64,000 bases of DNA from a virus, in IMG/VR virus record IMGVR_UViG_3300032080_000003, positions 1 to 64,000 of that record; one strand, 5' to 3'. Of the stretch, positions 17,955 to 26,025 are shown piece after piece (positions within the stretch are counted from its first letter, which is position 1; the number at the start of each line of letters is the position of its first letter). The notes under the pieces were generated by a model, which did no database searches, was not told the origin of the DNA, and saw only the letters and a program-made list of their open reading frames with translations. Both the position numbers and the translations under genes were made by a program.

Positions 17955-18006
17955 TTAGCTCAATCATCACTATTAGCTGTACAGCTAAAATAGACAGACA
18001 AGCTAA
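17955..18006. repeat. symmetric half-site array TTAGCT-12-TTAGCTGTACAGCTAA-12-AGCTAA
   Basis: Perfect 16-bp palindrome at 17973-17988, flanked at equal 12-nt spacing by the same hexamer (17955-17960) and its complement (18001-18006). Confidence 0.6.
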
Positions 18007-18256
18007 TCTAAAATTCGCAGAACTACCACACTTGTACGGCTCTCGTAGTCCGCCCTTTAATGTGGCATTGTGGTTGAACACACTGGTCTGCTGTCAACGT
18101 ACTACGCCGCGTATGAACGTAGTAGCCTATCCCTGTTCCCATCCTACCAACAAACTTATGGAAATTGCTAGAATCGTGCCATATCACCAAGGATTTGTTG
18201 CTCTTTAAAACCCTTCGTATTCTTCATTCATATCTTTTCTCCATCAATATATCTAA

Positions 18257-18284
18257 TTATTACACAGTTAAGGGTTTCTGTCAA
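18257..18284 (-). promoter_or_regulatory. sigma70-type promoter TTGACA-16-TAATAA
   Basis: Minus-strand reading, just downstream of the stop of 18290..18475. It would give a ~560-nt leader before 17677. Confidence 0.45.
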
Positions 18285-18289
18285 GCACT

Positions 18290-18475
18290 TTATTCATATT
18301 TTGGTAAGATAGTTTTGTACATAGTTTCGTCTGGGCAAGTTATACTTTCAAACGCCCATTCATTTCTGAACACTTCCATACTATCTTCCAAATATTCTAC
18401 TTCAATTTCACAGACGCAATATCCGTCAAGCCTGCCGCACTGTGAACAAAAACTTACTTCGCCCATAGTGGACAA
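18290..18475 (-). CDS. small Cys-rich protein
   Basis: 61 aa with CSQCGRLDGYCVC, a zinc-ribbon-like pattern. Co-oriented with its neighbours. Confidence 0.55.
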   Translation of the reverse strand: MSTMGEVSFCSQCGRLDGYCVCEIEVEYLEDSMEVFRNEWAFESITCPDETMYKTILPKYE

Positions 18476-18542
18476 CCTCTTTTGTTTAATTTATGTACTT
18501 AGTTAATCACAGACAATAGTTATTTGTCAAGTGTTAGTGAAA

Positions 18543-18806
18543 TTAATTATCAAACCCCCAGCAACTATCCCAATCATTAGCCTCAAAACAAATATAAAAA
18601 TACTGATCTAAATAGCCAGCATACTTACCTTTGTAGAATAGGACGGGGTCGTACCCAAAAGTTAAACCATCAATTTTTACTTTATTGTAATCCCACCCAG
18701 CGTTTTTACACACCCAATTAACTTCCTTTGTGTATTTCCTGATGTCTGCCCAATCTCTTTCTATAGATTCATACGCAGGTGCTTGTTCATGAAATTTATA
18801 CCTCAT
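18543..18806 (-). CDS. hypothetical protein
   Basis: 87 aa. Its start overlaps the stop of the upstream polymerase-like gene (ATGA). Confidence 0.65.
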   Translation of the reverse strand: MRYKFHEQAPAYESIERDWADIRKYTKEVNWVCKNAGWDYNKVKIDGLTFGYDPVLFYKGKYAGYLDQYFYICFEANDWDSCWGFDN

Positions 18807-20161
18807 TTCTTATCCACCTTGCAGAATGTTGTATCACCCAATACTGTTTTCCAAGCATTGATCATTGCATCATGCAAATCTTTCTCTGCTGACTCTTTCA
18901 CTAACACACTATCATGATAGGCAAGAACAGCGTGACCTTTCTCCCCCATTGCACCAACGATGTTCATCATAATCTTACTGTCAATATTCTGAAGCATAAT
19001 ACCGCCATCATTGAAGAACATGTCTCGAATAAAGTCATTATGGTCCCTGACAGCTTGCAAGACTTTACCGTAGTCGTTTGTTCCAGTCATAGCATAGAAC
19101 GACTGATCTTCTAGCTCTTTCTCACGGTCTAGCTTAACCTTGTTACCAAGTGTCCATGCTGCACTATTCATATCATCAGAATTCATACCAATGAGAATAG
19201 CAAGCTTTGCTAGCTGACGTCTTGGATTATGAGCATTTCCTGTAAATGTCTCCCAAACTGTTTTTAGTTTTTCATCAACTTGAATGAAAGATAGATCAGC
19301 ATCATAGGGAGAGAAATTCTTACCCTTCACATCGTAGATATTAAACCCATCATCATTAAGCATAAGTTGGTAACAAATACTTGGGTGAATTGCACTATAG
19401 TCAAGCTCTACAACACATTCACCATCAATCTTAAGAGAGGACGCTCGGATGTGTTGAGGCAACAACTGAACTCCACCTCCAAGCGTGTACAGACGTCCAC
19501 CTTTATCAAGATCACCAGAGAAGATACGACGATACGCAACATCAGCAATCGGCTTACCATCGAATGTAATCTGTGCACCTTCCAAACTGTTATTCATATT
19601 TCTCACCTCTGTCTTGATATCTTTAAAGCCTTTGTGACCACGTGTAGGCATCAATTCTTTTGTTTCTCTATTTCGGATGATGGCTAAGTCATTCTCTTCT
19701 AGCTCACGCCATAGGTTATAAGAAGTGTTAACGCCTTCCCACATATCTATTGTCCTCTTACGAAAGATAATACATGAGGGGATAACGTAGTCTGGTTTTG
19801 GCTTACCATTAACCATTTTCCAAGACTTAACATAGCCTTTGTAAAGATCAATATAACCCTTCTCTTCTAGAAAATCAACAAGTGATTTTACTTTTCTGTA
19901 TCCAATACCCTGTGATGACTTGGTGTATGTATTCTTATCCAGGCTAAAGATGAAACCACCAGCCTTATGTTTGATAGCACGAGCACTGTTGCTGATCCAC
20001 CATCTAACTGCCTCTTCCCATTTCTCTTCTGTATGAGCAAGCACTTGATCTACGATCTTCTTATAATACTTAGATTCATGGTAATACACGTAACTTCGTA
20101 CACATCTTAGATTGATAGAGTACACCTCTGACTCCTTCATCTTACTTAATTCATAAATCAA
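18803..20161 (-). CDS. minimal family-A polymerase / T7-type single-subunit RNA polymerase-like protein, paralog 1
   Basis: 452 aa. Ordered motifs: DLDKGGRLY (aa 217-225), VVELDYSAIHP (D254), RRQLAKLAILIGMN (K319), AYHDSVLV (D417). TTG start 6 nt after AGGAGG. Paralog of 46698..48071. Confidence 0.6.
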   Translation of the reverse strand: MIYELSKMKESEVYSINLRCVRSYVYYHESKYYKKIVDQVLAHTEEKWEEAVRWWISNSARAIKHKAGGFIFSLDKNTYTKSSQGIGYRKVKSLVDFLEEKGYIDLYKGYVKSWKMVNGKPKPDYVIPSCIIFRKRTIDMWEGVNTSYNLWRELEENDLAIIRNRETKELMPTRGHKGFKDIKTEVRNMNNSLEGAQITFDGKPIADVAYRRIFSGDLDKGGRLYTLGGGVQLLPQHIRASSLKIDGECVVELDYSAIHPSICYQLMLNDDGFNIYDVKGKNFSPYDADLSFIQVDEKLKTVWETFTGNAHNPRRQLAKLAILIGMNSDDMNSAAWTLGNKVKLDREKELEDQSFYAMTGTNDYGKVLQAVRDHNDFIRDMFFNDGGIMLQNIDSKIMMNIVGAMGEKGHAVLAYHDSVLVKESAEKDLHDAMINAWKTVLGDTTFCKVDKK

Positions 20162-20346
20162 TTACTTCCTCCTTCTCTTTCTGTTATCTGTATTGATATT
20201 AGTGGATAGATTGGTGGTGGTAATACGAGATACATGTATTCAAGTACATTTTATACATAAATATGCCCTACAAGCCACAGCCTGTATAGGTTTGTACATT
20301 TTACTACTCGGTACTTTCTACCTTTTTATGCCCCAAATCTCCAACC

Positions 20347-20375
20347 AATCTACACCCTCATTCATCCCCTGTCAA
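20347..20375 (-). promoter_or_regulatory. sigma70-type promoter TTGACA-17-TAGATT (leftward)
   Basis: Minus-strand reading, about 180 nt upstream of the 20161 start. The -10 is followed by GGTTGG. Confidence 0.6.
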
Positions 20376-20421
20376 GCAACACCACCACAAACCTCTCACA
20401 CAAATAAATCCCTTCAACCCC

Positions 20422-20450
20422 TTGCAATGCACAAAATAGCTTGGTATCAT
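20422..20450 (+). promoter_or_regulatory. sigma70-type promoter TTGCAA-17-TATCAT (rightward early)
   Basis: CTTGCAATGCACAAAA is near-identical to CTTGCAATGCATAAAT at 48712. Followed by the inverted repeat cgacaGATtgtcg (20461-20473). Confidence 0.65.
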
Positions 20451-20494
20451 GATTGCACAACGACAGATTGTCGATAATTGAGAGGAGATAAAAG

Positions 20495-20749
20495 ATGATC
20501 ACTAAAGACAGCCCAGAGTATGACGTACACAACACACATTGCTGCTATACACATGGTTGTGCTTATTTGGAGGATGCTGTATGTCCTGTTGTGAATGGTC
20601 TTGGGCAGGGTGTTGTTTGTCAGGATTGTGTTTATGATGATATTGAAATGGAAGCAGCAATTACTCTTTTAATCAGTAGGGGCTTTATTCCTGAAGGGTT
20701 CGATTATAGAACCCACACTCTGAAAAATGTTCCAAAGGAGAAAATTTGA
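20495..20749 (+). CDS. small Cys-rich early protein
   Basis: 84 aa. First gene after the early promoter, with SD GAGGAG upstream. Contains several Cys/His pairs. Confidence 0.7.
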   Translation: MITKDSPEYDVHNTHCCYTHGCAYLEDAVCPVVNGLGQGVVCQDCVYDDIEMEAAITLLISRGFIPEGFDYRTHTLKNVPKEKI

Positions 20750-21114
20750 TGCAAGCAATTACAAAAATAAATGATTGTTACACAGAGGCAATGTTTCATG
20801 CAACAGGTCATGTACACGCTGCACCTGTATGGGAACGCTTCAGTGTACAACGTGTGGTGAGTATGGCAGCCTGTATTGTTGATGGACATTTGATTGTGGG
20901 TAATCGTCACTTCTGCCCAATCATGCGGATGACAATTGAGAATCTTGGTATTGATCCTTTCGACAATCAGCATGATATGGACACTGATCAAGGTTTTGTT
21001 GATCAGTGGGGAGTGTACATGTCACGAGAAGAGGCTTGGGTTGTTGCTAAAGCTGCTGGTCAAATCAAGAAGGTTTATACTAAAGGTATCCTCTACTCCG
21101 AGTGCTACCTGTGA
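20746..21114 (+). CDS. hypothetical protein
   Basis: 122 aa. ATGA overlap with the upstream ORF. Confidence 0.7.
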   Translation: MMQAITKINDCYTEAMFHATGHVHAAPVWERFSVQRVVSMAACIVDGHLIVGNRHFCPIMRMTIENLGIDPFDNQHDMDTDQGFVDQWGVYMSREEAWVVAKAAGQIKKVYTKGILYSECYL

Positions 21115-21192
21115 AATCAACCCAAAACACCACAACATAGTGCAGTTTCCACCCCTTCCAGCAACGTTACATGAAAAGGCTTGTGCTGATGG

Positions 21193-21201
21193 TGCTAGAA
21201 T
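21193..21201 (+). promoter_or_regulatory. extended -10 element TGcTAGAAT
   Basis: Lies in the 130-nt gap before 21245. No good -35 element. Confidence 0.35.
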
Positions 21202-21244
21202 CTGATTTAAGCTAAATTACACATAGATAATTGAGGAGAATAAA

Positions 21245-21622
21245 ATGCTTTTGAAAGAAGGTGATGTAATCGAGATTAAAAATGGTCACACTGTGTACTC
21301 TACCGTGCCTAAACATTTCTTGTTTTCTAACCTAAAGGGTGATTTTAGCTTGGCGAGAGGGGAATGTACTGTGCAAGGAGAGCTGTCTTATCTGTGTGGT
21401 GAATATGTAGTGGATACTGTAAAATTTGAGGGTGGCGGAACGGGACACGGACCACATGATGTGTACCCAAATGGACACCATGTCTTCTGTAAATCTTTGA
21501 CATCTGGGAAAGAGCTTGACTTCTATCAGAGCGGTTGCTTTTCATGTATGATTACAGATATCCAACCTATAGGAAAAGCTGAAAGGTATTGGAAAATTAT
21601 TGATAAGGAAATCAGTAAATGA
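21245..21622 (+). CDS. hypothetical protein
   Basis: 125 aa with SD GAGGAG. Contains GGGTGHGPHDVYPNGHHV. Confidence 0.7.
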   Translation: MLLKEGDVIEIKNGHTVYSTVPKHFLFSNLKGDFSLARGECTVQGELSYLCGEYVVDTVKFEGGGTGHGPHDVYPNGHHVFCKSLTSGKELDFYQSGCFSCMITDIQPIGKAERYWKIIDKEISK

Positions 21623-21649
21623 AAACCCACACTGCTTCTCCATCATCTT

Positions 21650-21670
21650 GGGAATTCGTGTAGAATTCCC
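21650..21670 (+). other. 8-bp hairpin gggaattc-gtgta-gaattccc
   Basis: Intergenic, with no U-run. Possibly a processing or attenuation site. Confidence 0.4.
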
Positions 21671-21782
21671 TAAAACAATCCCTTGGACGAGCCTTGACAC
21701 AGAGAGAATGTTCCAAGTGTATGCAAGCATATATTAATAGTGTACCTTGGCAGGATGTTGCTAAGGAATTGGAGGGGGAAGA

Positions 21783-22022
21783 ATGAGCAGGGAATGGTAT
21801 CTAGATAATAATGGTAATGTTAAAACTTACACACTTATTGAGAAGTTTGATATTTTGTCTAAAGAAACTGGCTTAACAGAAAACCACAAAGATCTGTCTG
21901 ATTGGTTCAAATCAACATTAATGAGTTATGTGTATAGCACAGATAAAAGTATTTCTGACACAGGTTGGGCAGAGTCTGAATGTGCAAGAACTTATGTAGA
22001 TGATAGGTATTCTTGGAAATGA
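21783..22022 (+). CDS. hypothetical protein
   Basis: 79 aa with SD GGAGGGGG. Confidence 0.7.
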   Translation: MSREWYLDNNGNVKTYTLIEKFDILSKETGLTENHKDLSDWFKSTLMSYVYSTDKSISDTGWAESECARTYVDDRYSWK

Positions 22023-22324
22023 CCATCCTCCTAGCTCACATAATCTGTGCAATATGCTCGTTTCTATTGGCAAAATCATGGCTTGAAAACGTTTCTCGGC
22101 CATACGGAGGGATCATTAAGGCTTGGCGTAAGGCACACGAGAATGACCCAGAAACATCCAATGAAGATAGGCGCGACATGAGGAATACACCAGACAATAT
22201 TTTGAATGCAATTGTCTGGACCACTATCCTTGTTGCTAATTTAATTGCATGGCCTCTTGTGTTGTGTATGTTGGTGTGGTACAAAGTGTTTCCAGAGGAT
22301 TTTAGTGATGAGGGTTTGAAGTGA
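22019..22324 (+). CDS. small membrane protein (2 predicted TM helices)
   Basis: Start set to the ATG that overlaps the upstream stop (ATGA). Hydrophobic segments ILLAHIICAICSFLLA and VWTTILVANLIAWPLVLCMLVW. Confidence 0.65.
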   Translation: MTILLAHIICAICSFLLAKSWLENVSRPYGGIIKAWRKAHENDPETSNEDRRDMRNTPDNILNAIVWTTILVANLIAWPLVLCMLVWYKVFPEDFSDEGLK

Positions 22325-22590
22325 AGTATAAATTTGAAGATTATTATGGGAGTGGTAGGTTGGTAGCAGAGGATAAGAGTTTTCATACGATCCCAGAAAG
22401 TGGTGTTGCAGTGAGAGTTGCAGGTATAGACGGGATGTTGTACTCAATTCCAGACTCGTCTTCACACTGTGGTGGTCACGGTATGGGAGGTATGAAATCC
22501 TGTCAAGGTGTAGTAAGTCCAGCAGATATGAGACTTATTGTCATCAAGCACACTTGGGAAGATGTTTTTGATATTGAGGTGATTTTTTGA
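22321..22590 (+). CDS. hypothetical protein
   Basis: 89 aa. GTG start overlaps the upstream stop (GTGA). Confidence 0.6.
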   Translation: MKYKFEDYYGSGRLVAEDKSFHTIPESGVAVRVAGIDGMLYSIPDSSSHCGGHGMGGMKSCQGVVSPADMRLIVIKHTWEDVFDIEVIF

Positions 22591-22955
22591 ACATTTACAT
22601 CGTAACAGGCAGTCGTGGAGAATATGATGAGTATCAAACATTCAATGTCAAAGCTTTCTTTACAGAACAATCCGCACAAGAGTGGATTAACAAACAGCCT
22701 AGTATTAACTATGACGCTTTGAATGAGCTTTCCAGTCTTAAAGATGAGAATTGGGAATCAGCAAATTTACTACATACGCACGGAGAGATGGATAATTGGT
22801 CCGATGCTAAATGGGAGAAATTCTACGAATTTCGAGCTGAGCTAGATAATAAATCTGTTAAAATTATTCAAGAAAAGTATCCTGATGCAGACTTGACAGC
22901 GGATATAGATTTTCATGGATATTCAATTGAATGCATTGAGATGGAAGAAGCCTAA
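22587..22955 (+). CDS. hypothetical protein
   Basis: 122 aa. TTG start overlaps the upstream stop. SD GAGGTG. Confidence 0.65.
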   Translation: MNIYIVTGSRGEYDEYQTFNVKAFFTEQSAQEWINKQPSINYDALNELSSLKDENWESANLLHTHGEMDNWSDAKWEKFYEFRAELDNKSVKIIQEKYPDADLTADIDFHGYSIECIEMEEA

Positions 22956-23104
22956 TGACATTCACACAAGAGCAACGTAAGGCCATCCTTGAGAAATACC
23001 TTGACTACGTCAATGAAGTGAGCGATGATCTTGAGTACAAGAGTTATTTTAGTGCAGAGGAGCTTGTTATGATGGTGTTGGATATTGTTGAGGATCTTGT
23101 TTAA
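22955..23104 (+). CDS. hypothetical small acidic protein
   Basis: 49 aa, below the track cutoff. ATG overlaps the upstream TAA. Confidence 0.5.
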   Translation: MTFTQEQRKAILEKYLDYVNEVSDDLEYKSYFSAEELVMMVLDIVEDLV

Positions 23105-23166
23105 AGATGCACAACGTAAGCTGAGTGAGTTGATGGGTAATTAATTTAACTGAAAAGGAATATGAT

Positions 23167-23946
23167 ATGGGTTCTCGTGAAAAAGCAATTCTGGCTTTGG
23201 TTGACGGCGAAGAGGTTTTTACTACTCGCAAGAAAACCCGTGGCGACAAAAAGCCAACACAATCAAATCGAACAGATGAATGCTACGGGGTCCGGGAGTT
23301 TGTACCCACAATCTGGCAAAAAGAAGCACTGGATATTATTGATGAACATGATATCACCTTTGTGGACTCTGTAGCGGGTACGGGGAAGACTACAATGGCT
23401 CTATATTACGCTTGTAAGGAATATCTTGCAGACGTCAATAAGCAGATTGTATTTGTGCGTACTCCTGCTGAAGTTGGTCCTGATCGTATTGGATTTCTAC
23501 CGGGATCAGCTAAAACAGACTCTGAAAACAAACTTGGTCCACACTTTGAGTCCACGAAGTCTTTGCTTCAGGATTTCATTGGTAAGAATAAGATGGATGC
23601 TGATGAGGGCAAGCGTATTCACTTCTCGATTCCTAACTTTGAGCTAGGAAAGACCCGAGAGAATACTGTCTATATTCTGGACGAATGTCAGCTTCTACAG
23701 CCGCTTATTTTGAAGTTGCTGCTGGAACGTATTGGTCATGGCACTAAAACAATTGTACTCGGTTCTAGTGGTCAGCTTTATACAACTGACCGTGGGCGTA
23801 ACGGCTTGCGGGATGCCTATGCGCGATTCTTCACAGAAAATATGGAGAAAAAGTATGAGCGTATTGGTCACTATAAGTTTCCACTGGATGCGATTCAACG
23901 GGCGGATGTGGTCCGAGATGTTATTGAAGCTTACGAGAATGAATAA
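23167..23946 (+). CDS. phoH: PhoH-like ATPase
   Basis: Walker A VAGTGKTTMALYYA, Walker B-like VYILDECQ, and length and layout typical of phage PhoH. Confidence 0.85.
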   Translation: MGSREKAILALVDGEEVFTTRKKTRGDKKPTQSNRTDECYGVREFVPTIWQKEALDIIDEHDITFVDSVAGTGKTTMALYYACKEYLADVNKQIVFVRTPAEVGPDRIGFLPGSAKTDSENKLGPHFESTKSLLQDFIGKNKMDADEGKRIHFSIPNFELGKTRENTVYILDECQLLQPLILKLLLERIGHGTKTIVLGSSGQLYTTDRGRNGLRDAYARFFTENMEKKYERIGHYKFPLDAIQRADVVRDVIEAYENE

Positions 23947-23955
23947 GGAGGGGAT

Positions 23956-24723
23956 TTGAAAGAAATTAATGGGGTAAAGGTCGCGTCCAACGCTTTAGAT
24001 TGGACGGGTCACGAAGTGGGGAGATTGAAAATTACACATGTCGTTGGTAAGCATCCAACACGGCGTACTCTTTTATGGAATGCCGAATGCAGCTGTGGAA
24101 ATACTTCACAAGTTACCTCTGCTGAACTTTCTGCAAAAGATACTCAGTCATGCGGTTGCTTACACTTAGAAGTAATCGCTGTTACTAATAAAGCGTTTGC
24201 AGAAAAGTACAAAACACACGGGATGGCTGGGACGATTGAACAAAAAGCTTGGAAAAGGATTAAACAAAGATGTCTGAATCCTAATTCAGCCGAATATTAT
24301 ATATACTCTAAGATTGGTATTTCAGAGACTTTTGCTGAAAGTTTTATTAACTTTTATAATGATATCGGGCCTGTTCCAGAAGACCTAAAGGGCAGAATTT
24401 CTGTAGATCGAAAGGAAAACTCTTTAGGTTATGTTGAAGGGAATGTTCGGTGGGCAAACGACGATATGCAGGCCCGAAATAAAGGAATGTACGCCAGTAA
24501 TAAAAGTGGGGTAAATGGTGTTAGACTTCATCAAAATAAAAACGGTTCTATATATTGGTGTGCTACTTGGTATCCAATATCTGGTAAACATAAAAGTAAA
24601 TATTTTTCGATAACTAAATATGGAGACGATTTGGCTTTCTTTGCAGCTTGTGAGTATCGAACTTTGATGATTGATCGTTTAAACTTAGCGGGTGCTGGTT
24701 ATGCCCATGATCATGGTAAATAA
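23956..24723 (+). CDS. homing endonuclease-like protein, family 2 (HNH-like plus AP2-like region)
   Basis: Paralog of 56143..57087 and 62969..63634: CSCGNxxxV..SCGC, THGM, W..IKQRC, VDRKENSLGYVEGNVRWA. The C-terminal GVNGVRLHQNKNGSIYW segment is AP2-like. TTG start. Confidence 0.75.
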   Translation: MKEINGVKVASNALDWTGHEVGRLKITHVVGKHPTRRTLLWNAECSCGNTSQVTSAELSAKDTQSCGCLHLEVIAVTNKAFAEKYKTHGMAGTIEQKAWKRIKQRCLNPNSAEYYIYSKIGISETFAESFINFYNDIGPVPEDLKGRISVDRKENSLGYVEGNVRWANDDMQARNKGMYASNKSGVNGVRLHQNKNGSIYWCATWYPISGKHKSKYFSITKYGDDLAFFAACEYRTLMIDRLNLAGAGYAHDHGK

Positions 24724-24733
24724 GGAGTAACTT

Positions 24734-25540
24734 ATGTCTGAACTAACAATGATTCAACCGGCAAGTCAAGTGATTAGTAAAAGTTTCGTGAGTAACGAAT
24801 ATAACCTCTACCTTCACAATGAAATTTCAAGTGATGGGGATGCTTATCTTGAACACTTTGCTGTCTACCATCAAGCGGGCCCAGATGATCTTATCCGGCT
24901 ATGGATACAAAGTCCGGGTGGGTCTGTTTCGGTGGGTAATCAATACATCCAACATATGAACCGTTGCCCTGCAACTATTATTGCTGTAGTTGGTATGGGT
25001 ACGGCAAGCGAAGGCACAGCTATCTGCTTGGCTGCGGATGACTGGGAAGTGGATGATATGAGCACCTTTTTAGTGCACGGGTTCTCATACGGAGCTTACG
25101 GCCACGAGGCACAAGTTTATAACACCGCAACATTCAACAAGAAATTGAATGAACGATCTCTTCGTAACACTTATTCTGGGTTCTTGACAGAAGATGAAAT
25201 CATGGAAGCGTTGAAAGGGGTTGACTTGTTGTTTGATGGAGAGGAACTTGTGGAGCGGCTTGCTGCATTCAAGCAGTATCGTGCAAATAAACCTTGTCTT
25301 TGTGGGGAAGAAGGCTGCCCACAGAATGCACGTCTTGCACAGGAGGCTGAACAAGAACAATTCGAAGAAACATCCCTTGAAGACATCATTGCCGCAGCCG
25401 TAGAGAAAGGAATTGCAGCTTACGATAAACAACGCTTGCAACGTGAAGCCAAAGCCGCTAAAATGGCTCAACCAAAGCAGCCTTCCAGTCGCACAAAGAA
25501 AGCTTTGGAAGAATCTCAACAAATTATCGAGGGGAATTAA
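24734..25540 (+). CDS. ClpP-like serine protease with coiled-coil C-terminal tail
   Basis: IQSPGGSV, GMGTASEGTAICL (Ser), FLVHGFSYG (His) and GVDLLFDGEEL (Asp) align by eye with the ClpP triad context. The C-terminus is Ala/Gln/Glu/Lys-rich. Confidence 0.7.
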   Translation: MSELTMIQPASQVISKSFVSNEYNLYLHNEISSDGDAYLEHFAVYHQAGPDDLIRLWIQSPGGSVSVGNQYIQHMNRCPATIIAVVGMGTASEGTAICLAADDWEVDDMSTFLVHGFSYGAYGHEAQVYNTATFNKKLNERSLRNTYSGFLTEDEIMEALKGVDLLFDGEELVERLAAFKQYRANKPCLCGEEGCPQNARLAQEAEQEQFEETSLEDIIAAAVEKGIAAYDKQRLQREAKAAKMAQPKQPSSRTKKALEESQQIIEGN

Positions 25541-25542
25541 GA

Positions 25543-25712
25543 TGCAGTGTCTTGTAAAGCATGTCGGTATTGATGATTTTAAATTCAAAAATATAGATAA
25601 AATCACAGTTGAAAATGGCAAAATCAGACTTGAAAGAGAGGGTATTGCTCTAGCCAGCTACTCACTTGACTTCTTCGTCGAAGAAGTCGCAGAAATTATT
25701 ATTGAAAAATAA
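25543..25712 (+). CDS. hypothetical small protein
   Basis: 56 aa. Start set to the ATG after SD GAGGGGA. The longer track ORF 25413..25712 would overlap the ClpP-like gene. Confidence 0.5.
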
Positions 25713-25779
25713 TAATTGACAACACATTGCGTGCTGATTACAATTATGGCACGCATATTATTTAGTAAGGAGAGATTTA

Positions 25780-26024
25780 TGAAGTGGTTTAAAAAGCTGA
25801 TTGATGCCCCGTCTGGAGATAAAGTACAGCTTGAGGGTATCAGAACCTACACAGTCCGTTGGACATCACGTTATGGAGCGTTTAACTCTGAAGTCAAACC
25901 TGAAGTTCAAATGTTTACAAACATCGAGGATGCAGAGCATTTTGCTCAGGCACTTCGGGATGCTTTCAAGCTGATCAGGCACACAGCGGGTAATGTCGTT
26001 AAAGTCGAAAGCCAAGAGCCTTGA
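25780..26024 (+). CDS. hypothetical protein
   Basis: 81 aa from the ATG preceded by TAAGGAGAG. The track start 25716 is a TTG without an SD. Confidence 0.6.
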
Positions 26025-26025
26025 G

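Noticed and set aside
17700-18290. Possible tRNA, tmRNA or small-ORF content of the long untranslated region (for example the tagctcaat D-loop-like word, the 13-aa and 23-aa ORFs after GGAG motifs, and the track ORFs 17921..18208 and 18165..18506)
   Set aside because: - No acceptor/T-arm geometry or GTTCRAnnC-like T-loop could be built around the candidate.
- The mini-ORFs have start codons too close to, or unrelated to, the GGAG motifs.
- The plus-strand track ORFs lack an SD and run against the block orientation.
20184-20212. Third copy of TAGATTGGTGG considered as an additional rightward promoter
   Set aside because: - The -35 at 17-nt spacing is only TTATCT, and there is no extended -10.
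- It would lie about 280 nt upstream of the first rightward gene, behind a better promoter.
- It is reported only as a shared word.
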